64,000 bases of DNA from Candidatus Ozemobacteraceae bacterium (GTDB lineage Bacteria; Muiribacteriota; Ozemobacteria; Ozemobacterales; Ozemobacteraceae). Below the pieces are notes generated by a model. It worked only from the letters and a program-made list of their open reading frames with translations, was not told where the DNA came from and ran no database searches. The stretch covers positions 3,138,498 to 3,202,497 of the forward strand of contig OZ223236.1 of the NCBI GenBank assembly GCA_965140445.1. The letters run 5' to 3'. Of this stretch, positions 10,000 to 19,726 are shown in pieces (position 1 is the first letter of the stretch; each line of letters starts with the position of its first letter). A program made the translations under genes and the position numbers.

Positions 10000-10524
10000 A
10001 TGGAAACAAAACTAACCCCAAATGATAAAATGCTTTTTGCTTTAGTTGGAGTGCTATATTTAGCTAGCTTTATCCTATTCTTTGATACAACCTGGGTTCT
10101 TTTTCGTACATACAGAGTAAAGGGTACAATATTAAAAACCAAAAAAGTTACCCTGAGCGATAAAAGGCATACGGTAGTTACTGAAGCAACAATTAAATAC
10201 AAGGCAAAAAACAAAAATGAATATGAATTCGTAGGACGGGTTGCCAGTCATTTTAGTGCGGGAAATGAAATTCCTGTCAGAGTTTATAAGAACACACCTG
10301 GTGAAGCAGTGGTCTTTTTAGATGGTTTTCCGTTTACAAAAGCTGTCGCTGCATTTGCTTTTGCCACTTTTATGTTTTTTATCGCTTTTTTCCAGGCAAA
10401 AGAAAATGCTAAAAAAGCCAATTTTAAGGGCTTTTCCGGCAATAATTTTAATAAGAAAAAGGATTCAGAACTCTATGAGCTAGAGCGTCTTGAAGCTGAA
10501 GAAAGAAATAGCAAAAAATATTAG
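10000..10524 (+). CDS. membrane protein, DUF3592-like architecture (TM - beta domain - TM), hypothetical
   Basis: Two hydrophobic helices flank a ~90-aa soluble segment, with a charged C-terminal tail. No catalytic motifs. Confidence 0.45.
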   Translation: METKLTPNDKMLFALVGVLYLASFILFFDTTWVLFRTYRVKGTILKTKKVTLSDKRHTVVTEATIKYKAKNKNEYEFVGRVASHFSAGNEIPVRVYKNTPGEAVVFLDGFPFTKAVAAFAFATFMFFIAFFQAKENAKKANFKGFSGNNFNKKKDSELYELERLEAEERNSKKY

Positions 10525-10653
10525 ATGAAGTAGCGAAAGGCCAAATATATTATTTTTATTGGTTAAATTAGGAAGTTTATTTCGATATATGCTTCAATTT
10601 TTGAAATAATGTATTATACTAATAGTAGGAAGTATTTTTTCAGGGGGGTAACA

Positions 10654-10899
10654 ATGAGAACAATCGCTGGGATTCTCTGTTTTTTCCTTTTGATGTATAT
10701 GCTGACTTTTGTTCAGCTAAACAGCAAAGCGGATGGAATTCTATTGGTAGCTCCCGGAACCTTAAGTGCTAATGAATGGAACATGCATTCTGCATGGTGG
10801 TTAGCATTACCTATCATCTTTGGTGTTTACTTGTTGGTTACGGGTGAAAAAGACTACTACGAGGCAAAAGAAAAGAAAAAGAGAAAGGCCGAAGAGTAA
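10654..10899 (+). CDS. small membrane protein, hypothetical (start moved to ATG with GGGGGG RBS)
   Basis: Strong RBS cagggggg 7 nt before the ATG at 10654. Two predicted TM helices and a Lys/Glu tail. The track ORF starts further upstream without an RBS. Confidence 0.45.
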   Translation: MRTIAGILCFFLLMYMLTFVQLNSKADGILLVAPGTLSANEWNMHSAWWLALPIIFGVYLLVTGEKDYYEAKEKKKRKAEE

Positions 10900-10915
10900 A
10901 AGTCGCGTTTAAAAA

Positions 10916-10938
10916 GAGGCCGAATGCGGCCTTTTTTT
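10916..10938 (+). terminator. rho-independent terminator
   Basis: ggccg-aatg-cggcc stem-loop followed by a T7 run, directly after the stop at 10899. Confidence 0.6.
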
Positions 10939-11010
10939 ATTTATAAAAAAAAGAAAAAAAATTTCCCAAAACTATTCCGTGTTCTTAATTTTATTATTAT
11001 AATCGAATGT

Positions 11011-11928
11011 ATGAGACTAAATAATAAGCTACAAAATAAGGTGTGGGTATTCCTACTGATGCTCGGGCTCGCAGTTTCAACTGTGTCAGCTCAGACTAAT
11101 CTTGAAGAAGCAAGAGGCCAATGGTATAAGGAGGCCAGCGAGCAACTCTATCAACTCGAACAAGAATGTCCAAGGCAACAGGCGAGAATCGTAAAGATTA
11201 AGGAAAAGCTGCAAAAGCTTTTCAAGGTTACTGTAGAAAGTGTTCCTGGATATAGCTTTACCAGGGTCTCTAGTAACACCAGCCGTGGTAGAGTATATTC
11301 CAAAGATGATTGGAAAGAATTTTACGCTTCTACCAGAGGCAAAAGAAACGGTACATTGAAGCAAGAACTTCAGGAACAGATTAAAAACAATAAGTTTCTT
11401 GTTTATTCTGATTCCAGAAAACATATTTTTCTTAACGTTGAAAAATTTGGTGGCTATGTCGAGTGCCTATATACCGGAAGAATCTGGGAAGGCAAAGGAA
11501 TGCCTAATAGTAACAATTTTAATATAGAGCATTCTTGGCCACAGTCTAAAGGTGCAAAGGGAATCGCTAAGGGCGATCTTCATCATCTTTTTCCAACGGA
11601 TTCAAAAGCTAACTCAACAAGAGGTTCATTGCCTTTTGGAGAAATTACTTCATCTAAATGGGCTCAGGGCGGAAGCAAATGCGATGGTCGTCATTTTGAT
11701 GTTAAAAAGAAATCTCGTGGCAACATTGCTAGAGCATTGTTCTATTTTTCCACTAGATACAATATGAAAATTGATGATGACCAGGAAAATACTTTAAAGA
11801 AATGGCACAAAGAAGATCCGGTCGATGCCAATGAACGTGCCAGAAATGATCGTGTTGAAGAAATTCAGGGTAATCGCAATCCTTTTATTGATCACCCAGA
11901 ATATGTTTCTCAAATATCTGATTTCTAA
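11011..11928 (+). CDS. secreted endonuclease I family nuclease (EndA/NucM-like)
   Basis: Signal peptide. Motifs NIEHSWPQSKG, DLHHLFPTDSKANSTRG, ARALFYFSTRY and NRNPFIDHPEY are typical of Endonuclease_1 (pfam04231). The annotated start at 10924 overlaps the upstream terminator, so Met at 11011 is preferred. Confidence 0.8.
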   Translation: MRLNNKLQNKVWVFLLMLGLAVSTVSAQTNLEEARGQWYKEASEQLYQLEQECPRQQARIVKIKEKLQKLFKVTVESVPGYSFTRVSSNTSRGRVYSKDDWKEFYASTRGKRNGTLKQELQEQIKNNKFLVYSDSRKHIFLNVEKFGGYVECLYTGRIWEGKGMPNSNNFNIEHSWPQSKGAKGIAKGDLHHLFPTDSKANSTRGSLPFGEITSSKWAQGGSKCDGRHFDVKKKSRGNIARALFYFSTRYNMKIDDDQENTLKKWHKEDPVDANERARNDRVEEIQGNRNPFIDHPEYVSQISDF

Positions 11929-11945
11929 ATCCTAACCAACCTTTT

Positions 11946-11973
11946 GGGCGGCTTTTAAGCCGCCTTTTTTTTT
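11946..11973 (+). terminator. rho-independent terminator
   Basis: ggcggc-ttttaa-gccgcc hairpin followed by T9. Confidence 0.7.
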
Positions 11974-12036
11974 GCGTAAAAATTTAAATTATATGATATC
12001 CTTCTAAAAAGATTGTTTGAAACATGGAGGTTTTGG

Positions 12037-12669
12037 ATGGTTGTGAGGCTAAGAGTTTTCACTTTAATGCTGGTTATAGCGAGCGTGTTTTTGTTGCCTG
12101 TAAATGGTAAGGCGGCTGATGGTTACCGATATTATAAAGTTCAAATAGGTACACCTTTTGTTCATTATGATATTGAAGACATTTTTCATCAGAGGTGGGT
12201 TAGTACTTATTTAAGAGGAAAGCCGGTAATTATGCTTACTGGGCATCGTTATCATCGTTATGAAATTCTTAAATGGGCGGAAACCTTTAGACAGGAATAC
12301 GGCCTTCCAGGTCATGTTCATTTGTTGTGGGTGGTTAATTTAAGAAAATTCCCTTGGTCAACCAGCCGTGGAACAGTGATTAAACAATGGAGAGATTTTA
12401 ATGCTCCGATTCCTGTTCTTATGGATTGGGATGGTGTTGTCGGAAAGGCTTTAAAAATTAACTACAATGTACCTAATATCATTGTTATTGATGCTTTTGG
12501 TCGCCTGGCAATGCATGAAATGCACACTTACACCCCGGAAGTTTATTCTGCGGTATCTGCCAGAGTTAAAAGCTTGTTAACTGTTAATCCCGGGATAGCT
12601 AAACCTGTGGTTGGAGCTCCAATGGATATTCTTCCTCCACCAGTTGGCAGCCACGGCGATTCTAATTAA
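12037..12669 (+). CDS. secreted hypothetical protein
   Basis: GGAGG RBS 5 nt before the ATG at 12037. N-terminal signal peptide (MVVRLRVFTLMLVIASVFLLPVNGKAAD). No recognisable domain. Confidence 0.5.
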   Translation: MVVRLRVFTLMLVIASVFLLPVNGKAADGYRYYKVQIGTPFVHYDIEDIFHQRWVSTYLRGKPVIMLTGHRYHRYEILKWAETFRQEYGLPGHVHLLWVVNLRKFPWSTSRGTVIKQWRDFNAPIPVLMDWDGVVGKALKINYNVPNIIVIDAFGRLAMHEMHTYTPEVYSAVSARVKSLLTVNPGIAKPVVGAPMDILPPPVGSHGDSN

Positions 12670-12680
12670 TTAGTTCTATA

Positions 12681-12717
12681 AAAAAAAGGGCTGTCCAATC
12701 GGACAGCCCTTTTTTTA
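12681..12717. terminator. bidirectional rho-independent terminator between convergent genes
   Basis: A7-gggctgtcc-aatc-ggacagccc-T7, a perfect 9-bp stem flanked by A and T runs. Confidence 0.75.
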
Positions 12718-12721
12718 TACT

Positions 12722-14014
12722 CTATTTTTGAGCAAAGATTTTTACTTCAGATGGTTTCAATGGAAAATTAAGGGTTTGGGGAACCTCTTCAAGCTGGTTG
12801 TCCGGAGTGAGGTCAACGATATCGTCGCTTCCAATTACAGCCTTAATATCTTCTATATAAAGGTGCTGTGGGTTTTCCTTATCTTTGTTTAATGCCACGA
12901 ATACAGTTTTTTCACCATCTAAAGACCTTTTAAAGCAAAATACATTCATCCAATTTGGTTGATCAACTATTTCAAGGCCCGGTTCTGTGTTCAGCACTGG
13001 ATAGGCCTTTTTTATGTCTGCGATTTTTTTGAGGAAGTTACTTAGGTCGATATCAGTTTCTTCCCACCAGGTTGGGTCTGTTTTTACAACATTAATTTGT
13101 TTGGTAAAACCATACTCAAAACCTAATGGAATCATATATCCCGGACTAAACATTGCTGAAAAAAGGATTTGTCGTTTAACTGCGTCCAAATTACCATTTA
13201 AGTCAGCTAATAATCTTGGGGTGTCGTGAGACTCAGGAAAAGCAATTGATGGAGTTAAACTACCAGTTGTATGATATTGCTCCATTGCCCAGGGTTCATT
13301 GAAATCCCAATACTTTACAGAGTTAAATAAATAATCAAATCCAAGATTAGCCAATTCCTTAACTTGCTCGAAATCACAACCTAAAGATTCAGCAAGGAAA
13401 ACACATCCTTCCTTTTTCTCTCTTGAATTTTTAATTAGAAAATTCCAAAGTTCAGAAGGAACCTGATAGGCCATATCGCAGCGAAATCCGTCTATGCCAA
13501 GATCTATGTAATAAGACATCATTTTCCACCAGAACTCCCATAAATTTTTACGGTCCGGTGATTCAAGATTATCTATTTCTGCCAGGTCACCCCATGAAAC
13601 CCATTTTCCGTCATGCATTGCGCCTGGATTTACTACTTCTCCGTTTTTATCAAGTTTATACCAGTCCGGGTGCTCCTGAACTAATACAGAATCAATTGCT
13701 GTATGGTTAATAACCAGATCCATCAGACAAATTAATTTTCTGGAGTGGCATGCTTCAATAAATGATTTTAATTGGGATTTTGGACTTTTTGAAGATTCAT
13801 TATCTATAAACATAGGATTAAATTTATAGTAATCCTTTGGTGAGTAAAGGCTTCCGCTAAATCCTGCATAATGAAAAGGGTTAACCCAAACAGCGTTAAA
13901 GCCCATTTCCTTAATTCTATCAAGATGCTCTGTCCATGTTGTCATTCGGCCTAACAATCGAGGGAACAAATTATAGAGTCTGATACTCTCGCTTCCTAAA
14001 AGGGGATGTTTCAT
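12722..14014 (-). CDS. GH13 alpha-amylase-family enzyme, short GlgE-like (maltosyltransferase-like) catalytic domain only
   Basis: YNLFPRLLG and MGFNAVWVNPFH resemble GlgE YEFFPRS / MGFDVVYLPPIHP. Region II GFRCDMAYQVP, region III VFLAESLG and region IV FPESHDTPRL are present. No signal peptide. It lacks the GlgE N-terminal domains (430 aa). Confidence 0.7.
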   Translation of the reverse strand: MKHPLLGSESIRLYNLFPRLLGRMTTWTEHLDRIKEMGFNAVWVNPFHYAGFSGSLYSPKDYYKFNPMFIDNESSKSPKSQLKSFIEACHSRKLICLMDLVINHTAIDSVLVQEHPDWYKLDKNGEVVNPGAMHDGKWVSWGDLAEIDNLESPDRKNLWEFWWKMMSYYIDLGIDGFRCDMAYQVPSELWNFLIKNSREKKEGCVFLAESLGCDFEQVKELANLGFDYLFNSVKYWDFNEPWAMEQYHTTGSLTPSIAFPESHDTPRLLADLNGNLDAVKRQILFSAMFSPGYMIPLGFEYGFTKQINVVKTDPTWWEETDIDLSNFLKKIADIKKAYPVLNTEPGLEIVDQPNWMNVFCFKRSLDGEKTVFVALNKDKENPQHLYIEDIKAVIGSDDIVDLTPDNQLEEVPQTLNFPLKPSEVKIFAQK

Positions 14015-14499
14015 TGACTTCCTCCTGGTATATTTTGTCTAAGCTCATGCAGAGCTTTGCCCATTTCATTTACTTCTTTTTCATCTACCGAACGGTAAAA
14101 TTCCCATTCTTTAGATGTTTCAACTATTTTTAAAACATATAGCTTTTCATTGTTTTCTTCAATTGGAACAACCAAATAACTTTTCCAATCTTTATTGGAT
14201 ACTAAATTCTGAATATTTGGTTCTCTCATACTTTGGTAAAAGCATATCTTGTCGTTTTCATCGAGGTTTACTCTCATTTTTTGAAAGGTCAGGTTATGGC
14301 CCAGAAAAGCAAGAAAGACAAAAATAAGTAAGTTAAAAATCCATTCTCCCCAATTTTCTAATTTTATCCCATTATAAGCGGCAAACAAAATTGGAACCAG
14401 AAAACCAACAACTATTAAAAGGGTTCCAACCGCCATTTCCCATATTGGATAGAAAGAGAAACCCACTGTTCTATTTTGAATAACTTCCCATCTGATCAT
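14011..14499 (-). CDS. membrane protein, hypothetical (2 TM + cytoplasmic domain), operon member
   Basis: ATGA overlaps on both sides (with GH13 and GT39). Hydrophobic N-terminal helices. Confidence 0.5.
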   Translation of the reverse strand: MIRWEVIQNRTVGFSFYPIWEMAVGTLLIVVGFLVPILFAAYNGIKLENWGEWIFNLLIFVFLAFLGHNLTFQKMRVNLDENDKICFYQSMREPNIQNLVSNKDWKSYLVVPIEENNEKLYVLKIVETSKEWEFYRSVDEKEVNEMGKALHELRQNIPGGSQ

Positions 14500-16217
14500 T
14501 TAAAATCACTCCTGATTGAAGCGTTCATAACCTGCCATTTTCCAAGATCTGCAACTAATGTTAACTCTTTACTAAGGGCTGCCTGAACCTTTGAAATATC
14601 CTTCTTTCGAATCAAAATTAATGTGTCTGAATCTACATATTTTTTCAAAGCAGTGTCTCCAAATAAAACACTTTGAGACGCTATTTCCGGATTAAATGCC
14701 GTTATGCGAGACACGTTCCAGGTTGGGATAGTCTTGCCAGTGTAAAAATAGTATCCCTCTACCATTTCTTCTATATTTATGATCTTTTGATCTTTTGGAA
14801 GGGTGGAAAGGCGCTTGAGTGCAACGCTCTGACTTGGGAGATATTTACCTGGCTTTATCTCCTCATTGCCAATAATGTTTGGAATTGAAAATAGAATAAA
14901 TCCTGGAGAGAAAAGGAAAAGAACCGAAATAACCCCCGCTTTGAATCCTTTTTTTACGTAAACCAGACCAGAAATTGCTATCAATAACCATAAAATTCCC
15001 ACAAAGCCAGCGGCATTGGTTAAATTAACAGCTTTCAAATTTGCAGTTAAGCTCCAATAAGTCGCTGCAATACCAAAAACCAGGATTATGGAGAATAAAG
15101 CGTATAGCTGGTTATTCCATGCTTTTGCTGCATCTTTTTTTGAGGATAAAAACCTTTTAAATTCTGTGCATGCAATTAATGCAACTGGAATCATGAGAGG
15201 CAAAACGTATGCAGCAAGTTTTGATTTACTTATTGAAAAGACAATTAAAGGGAAAATTAACCAGCCTAATAACATCACCTGATTAAAGTTTTTGTTTTTG
15301 ATGTTTTTAAGTTGAATAAAAAGGGATTTAACAAAAAAAACTGTCCAGGGAAAAAGTCCAACCGGAAGCAATAAAAAATACATATAAAAAGGATTCGCTC
15401 GTTGGTGAGTATTACTTGCAACTCTTTTTAAGGTTTCTTCTATAACAAAATATGAAATTAATCCGGGAATCTTAAAGGCCAGGTAAAAATACCATCCCAA
15501 ACCTACGAAAAGGAAGATCGCCCAACCGATTTTCATGGAAAACAATTTTTTTAACTGCTTATGAAAATTTAAATACAATCCTGCTGGTATAAGACCCAGA
15601 AGTGGGAGCAGCCCGGGAGGACCTTTTGTGAGCATTGCAAGTGCGGACATAAACCAAAATAGAAAAGCCCAGCTTTGTTTTTCCTTTTTGAGAAAGCCAA
15701 GAAACCCTAAGACCATAAACGTTTCAAACATTGTTAGAAAAGGGTCGGTGGTTAATCCTCTAAATTGAATTTGAAAAAATAGTGAAGACATTAAAATAGT
15801 AGCTGCTATAAACCCTTCAATTCTGGAAAATAGCAAAGCTCCTATGAAGTAACAGCCAAGAATTGTTATAGCCCCAGCTACTGACAAAAAGAAACGAGCT
15901 CCGAATTCGTTTATGCCAAATAGCTTTAAACCTAAAGCCGTTATCCAATAAGTTAATGGCGGTTTGGTGAAGTGCTTTAAACCATTATGATGAGGAACAA
16001 GCCAATCACCTGAATCAACCATATAGCGAGCCACCGAGGCGTATCTTCCCTCTGATGTTTCAAACAATCCAGCGGTTCCTGCATGGTATACAAGGGTTAG
16101 AAAAGTTGTAATAAATAAAATCAGAATCAGATGATTTCTGGATTTTCTAACTACCTTCCGTATTAGTTTTAGAATTGCATTCATCCTCTTGTTGAACCCT
16201 TTGTTTTTCTTTATCAA
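14496..16217 (-). CDS. GT39/GT83-family polyprenyl-phosphate-sugar-dependent glycosyltransferase (ArnT/PMT-like)
   Basis: FETSEGRYASVARYMVDSGDWLVPHHNGLKHFTKPPLTYWITALG is the canonical PMT/ArnT N-terminal loop with DE-like and R/K residues. 11-12 TM helices. The start is uncertain (overlaps the LAB_N ORF). Confidence 0.8.
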   Translation of the reverse strand: MIKKNKGFNKRMNAILKLIRKVVRKSRNHLILILFITTFLTLVYHAGTAGLFETSEGRYASVARYMVDSGDWLVPHHNGLKHFTKPPLTYWITALGLKLFGINEFGARFFLSVAGAITILGCYFIGALLFSRIEGFIAATILMSSLFFQIQFRGLTTDPFLTMFETFMVLGFLGFLKKEKQSWAFLFWFMSALAMLTKGPPGLLPLLGLIPAGLYLNFHKQLKKLFSMKIGWAIFLFVGLGWYFYLAFKIPGLISYFVIEETLKRVASNTHQRANPFYMYFLLLPVGLFPWTVFFVKSLFIQLKNIKNKNFNQVMLLGWLIFPLIVFSISKSKLAAYVLPLMIPVALIACTEFKRFLSSKKDAAKAWNNQLYALFSIILVFGIAATYWSLTANLKAVNLTNAAGFVGILWLLIAISGLVYVKKGFKAGVISVLFLFSPGFILFSIPNIIGNEEIKPGKYLPSQSVALKRLSTLPKDQKIINIEEMVEGYYFYTGKTIPTWNVSRITAFNPEIASQSVLFGDTALKKYVDSDTLILIRKKDISKVQAALSKELTLVADLGKWQVMNASIRSDFK

Positions 16218-16467
16218 TTAAAACCAAATTTCTAATGTAAATTACAAATCCCATTGATTGTCCCAGAATAAAAACGGGATCCTTCCTGTGAAGAGCATAG
16301 GCAAGCAACAAAAAAGACCCGCCCAGACTGAAATACCAGAAGGAAATCGGGATAACACTTTTTTTCTTTTTTTCAGAGGCCATCCATTGAACTAAAAATC
16401 TTAACGAAAAAAGAATTTGCCCCGCAAAGCCTATAATTAACCAAATATCCAGGTTAAATTTGTTCAC
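16147..16467 (-). CDS. LAB_N (lipid-A-biosynthesis N-terminal domain) small membrane protein
   Basis: IIGFAGQILFSLRFLVQWMASEKKKKSVIPISFWYFSLGGSFLLLAYALHRKDPVFILGQSMGFVIYIRNL matches the pfam07578 consensus closely. It sits between the GT2 and GT39 genes. Confidence 0.65.
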   Translation of the reverse strand: MNKFNLDIWLIIGFAGQILFSLRFLVQWMASEKKKKSVIPISFWYFSLGGSFLLLAYALHRKDPVFILGQSMGFVIYIRNLVLIDKEKQRVQQEDECNSKTNTEGS

Positions 16468-17175
16468 CGATTTGATACCTCAGTTTTCGCCATTTCATCC
16501 ATCTAATGGCTAATAGGTCGAAAAAAGAACGCCAAACCCTATTCCAGACATTGTATTTCGAGAGGCCTTTTGTGCGAGGGTGGTGACTAACCTTTACCTC
16601 GGCAACCTTGCCTCCTTCCATTTTTACAAGAGTTGGAAGGAATCTATGCAAACCTTCAAATAGTTGAATTGGTTTAATAATATCAGCTTTAAATGCTTTT
16701 AGAGAGCAACCAGTATCCTGTATGGTCTCGTTACTAACCATATTTCTTATCCAATTAGCAGATCTGGAAGATAGTCTTCTGATAAGGTTATCGTTTCTTT
16801 TTACTCTCCATCCTACAGCGGCATCGTATCCTTCTTCAATTTTCTGCAATAAAAGAGGGATGTCAGCTGGATCGTTTTGCAAATCTGCATCCAGGGTTAT
16901 AATAATTTCACCAAAAGCTTCCTGAATTCCAGCAGCCATAGCGGCTGTCTGACCGTTGTTCTGGCTGAATTTTATTCCGCGCAGAAATGGACAAGCTTTT
17001 TTTAATTCACGAATTTTCTCAAAGCTTCCGTCTGTGGAGCCATCATCTACAAGCAATAATTCCCACTTTTTGCCAATAGAATTCATTACCACTTCAACTT
17101 TATTTACAAGCTCTTCAATATTATCGACTTCATTGTAAACAGGGATTGCAATGCTGTAGAAAACTTTTGTCATTA
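16454..17175 (-). CDS. GT2 polyprenyl-phosphate sugar synthase (ArnC/DPM1/GtrB-like)
   Basis: SIAIPVYNEVDNIEEL, LLLVDDGSTDGS, TLDADLQNDPADIP and the C-terminal amphipathic segment are present. The preferred start is MTKVFYSIAIPVYNE (track start 17212). Confidence 0.85.
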
Positions 17176-17348
17176 AATATTTCCCGTAATTAGATTCATG
17201 AGAGTCTAACATAAAAATAGCATTAAAAAAACCTTAAAATATGGTTAAGACAAACTAACTAACCTGTTTTAAAGATGTTTAAATTAGAAAGGAAAAATAA
17301 AAAAGACTCCTCCAAAAAAATCTGAAGGAGTCCTTATTTTTAAAAGAA

Positions 17349-18629
17349 TTAGGCGGTTAAAGCTTTTCTAACCTCGTCCATTCCATCCATTCTATACGCG
17401 CCTTTGTAATATTGATATTTTTCTGGAGGAAGAATGCTTTCCTGAGCGGTGTCGCCCATTTGAATAACTTTGATGTTTCCATGTTTATCGATTCCTTTAT
17501 AAATCATGGAATGACCATACCGGTTGTGCCCATAATCCAAAAGAATCATGTCGCCAGGTCGAATATCTGGTGGTGGAGGCGGTTTATACCCAGGATTAAT
17601 GGCTTTGGTATATTTTTCAGACCACAATCCGCTCGTGGATGTTCGTCCAGAGGTTATAGGGTATTTTACACCGGCTTCCTTAAAAGCATTTTTTTGAACC
17701 ATTTGAACAAAGCCACTGCAATCTATTCCAGCAATGCCCTGAAATTCATTGTAAGCCGTTTTTGATCGCCATTTCCAGGTATTAATATCCACATACTTTT
17801 CATAGTATTCACCTGAATTAAGGCCAAGTCGATTTCCTTCGGCTTTTTTCTTTTTATAGGTTTCAATATCATCGAAGCCACCAAACTTAAAAACTATTGG
17901 TTCGTCAATATACGGAGCTGCAATCTCATCAATTTTCTTCTGGAAAACCATATCTTCAAGGTATTTTTCCATTGAGGAAAGAATCTTGGCAGCTTCATCA
18001 GCCTTTCCTAATTTATTCAAGCACTTTGCCTGCAAGAAATAGCTTTCAAAGGGGTTGCCTGATGATTTTCTTGCATATTTGAGTGCTTTTTCATAATCAC
18101 CTTTCAAATATGCTTTATTGGCACGTTTTAAGTAATACCAAAACGGAAATTTGGAATAATCAAACAGATCATCCCCAAGATGTCTTTCCCAACGATCAAA
18201 TTGCTTTTCATTTTCAAGGGCAACTGACGTAGGTGCAGAAGGTTGGTTTGCAGAATTATCTGCGACATTTTCTGTTGAACCCAGATTCTTCAGAAGCTTA
18301 TTATATACCCAACCTACAACTCCGTTTCCAAAGTCTATTTGGGTCCAGCCATAACTTTCCTGAAGTTTAATCCCCTTTGTTCCATTGGGAAGGGTTTTTA
18401 TAACTGAATTTCCTGTTCCAGGACCGCTTCTAACATTAACCCATGAGCCATCTATAGCCATCTCAGTAACTGATGAAACGCTAAATGGGCTATCAGATTC
18501 CTGAGGGGTTGAGATGGTTTGACCATCTTCAAATGGATTTGTTTGTCCAGCAACATAAGAGGGTGTGCAAAGCATCAATGCCAACCCTAAAATAGGGACT
18601 AACGGCTTAAACAACTTATTCATATGCAC
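17349..18629 (-). CDS. secreted SH3b + NlpC/P60 family peptidoglycan hydrolase
   Basis: Signal peptide. SH3_3-like WVNVRSGPGTGNSVIKTLPNGTKGIKL...GWV. TPR-like helix pairs. C-terminal catalytic Cys DCSGFVQMV and His GHSMIY. Confidence 0.7.
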   Translation of the reverse strand: MHMNKLFKPLVPILGLALMLCTPSYVAGQTNPFEDGQTISTPQESDSPFSVSSVTEMAIDGSWVNVRSGPGTGNSVIKTLPNGTKGIKLQESYGWTQIDFGNGVVGWVYNKLLKNLGSTENVADNSANQPSAPTSVALENEKQFDRWERHLGDDLFDYSKFPFWYYLKRANKAYLKGDYEKALKYARKSSGNPFESYFLQAKCLNKLGKADEAAKILSSMEKYLEDMVFQKKIDEIAAPYIDEPIVFKFGGFDDIETYKKKKAEGNRLGLNSGEYYEKYVDINTWKWRSKTAYNEFQGIAGIDCSGFVQMVQKNAFKEAGVKYPITSGRTSTSGLWSEKYTKAINPGYKPPPPPDIRPGDMILLDYGHNRYGHSMIYKGIDKHGNIKVIQMGDTAQESILPPEKYQYYKGAYRMDGMDEVRKALTA

Positions 18630-18685
18630 CAGCCTTATTTAAAATATATTATTAATTATACTAAAAATTTAAACTAACCATAAGG

Positions 18686-19642
18686 CTAGTTTATAAAATT
18701 AGCGGGGATTCTAATAACTTTCCAACCAGCTTTTGGATTACCTGTAAATGTGAAAAAATAACCATCCCTGATTTTCCAGGCATTTGAAAGAAAGGGGCCT
18801 GTTAAAATGGGTAAGCCTTGATGCTTAAGATTGCCCGAATTTTTATCTAACAAATATGCTGAATAAAAATTTGGATTTCCCGAATCTATTGAAGTCAACA
18901 CGGGATTTCCGTCAAAAAATCCGCATAGTTTGCTATATAAAATTCTTAGTTCTGGAGAAACTTCAAACAGATAATACATTTCAGGTTGTTCTAATCTTAC
19001 GGAAAGATCACATGAAATTATCAGTCTATTGTTTTCTGCAAGGTTAAATTGCGTTCCATATAATGTGGTTCCTGTGCTGATAGCTTCCAGGGCTCCTGAA
19101 GGATGTTTCTGGGTTACTCCATTTTTGTAAAACCAGATTCCATTTCCGGATTCTTCTACAACAAAGGAATCTGTTGCTAAAATAGAGATTCTTCCTGGAT
19201 TTTTAAAAGGGATTGGAACAAAACGATTTGATGTACCGGTTTTTTTGTCTAAAATTTGAATTCCCTTCTTATCTCCATTTATTACAAGAAATACACTATT
19301 GTCATTTACTGCAAGCTCTCCGCACATGCTTGATTCAATTTTGAAGTTTGATATCAATTTCCCATTTTTAAAAAATTTTAAGCTCTGGTTAATGGAATCT
19401 GAAATCCATATATCTTCTTTGTTAAAGATGTCTAATCCACCGATACAAGTAAATGGAGCTAAAGGCATTACCCCAGGAGAAGGGAAATTTATTCCAATTT
19501 CATTCAAATTTTTTCCCCAACCACCTTTTAAAAGAGTTTCGGCTTTAATTTCCTTTGAAAATAGAGTGTTTGAAGGGAAAGTAAGGGCACAAATTAATAT
19601 AAAGAAAAGAAATCTTAGTTTCATAATTCCTCCAGCTAACAC
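18686..19642 (-). CDS. secreted hypothetical protein (beta-rich, possibly propeller-like)
   Basis: Signal peptide MKLRFLFFILICALTFP. No catalytic motifs. The likely start is at the internal Met (19624). Confidence 0.45.
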   Translation of the reverse strand: MLAGGIMKLRFLFFILICALTFPSNTLFSKEIKAETLLKGGWGKNLNEIGINFPSPGVMPLAPFTCIGGLDIFNKEDIWISDSINQSLKFFKNGKLISNFKIESSMCGELAVNDNSVFLVINGDKKGIQILDKKTGTSNRFVPIPFKNPGRISILATDSFVVEESGNGIWFYKNGVTQKHPSGALEAISTGTTLYGTQFNLAENNRLIISCDLSVRLEQPEMYYLFEVSPELRILYSKLCGFFDGNPVLTSIDSGNPNFYSAYLLDKNSGNLKHQGLPILTGPFLSNAWKIRDGYFFTFTGNPKAGWKVIRIPANFIN

Positions 19643-19726
19643 GTGTTTGCTCAGAATAAGTTATCTGAATGTAACTGTCAAACATTGACTTAATGGGTAA
19701 AGAGCTCTAAGATAGTCAACCTGAAT

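Noticed and set aside
10924-11010. Upstream extension of the endonuclease I ORF
   Set aside because: It overlaps the terminator hairpin/T-run of the preceding gene and encodes a poly-Lys stretch. Met at 11011 gives a proper signal peptide.
19643-19726. Possible Moco riboswitch upstream of moaA
   Set aside because: The intergenic space is only 84 nt, which is too short for the ~130-nt Moco aptamer, and no conserved motif is visible.
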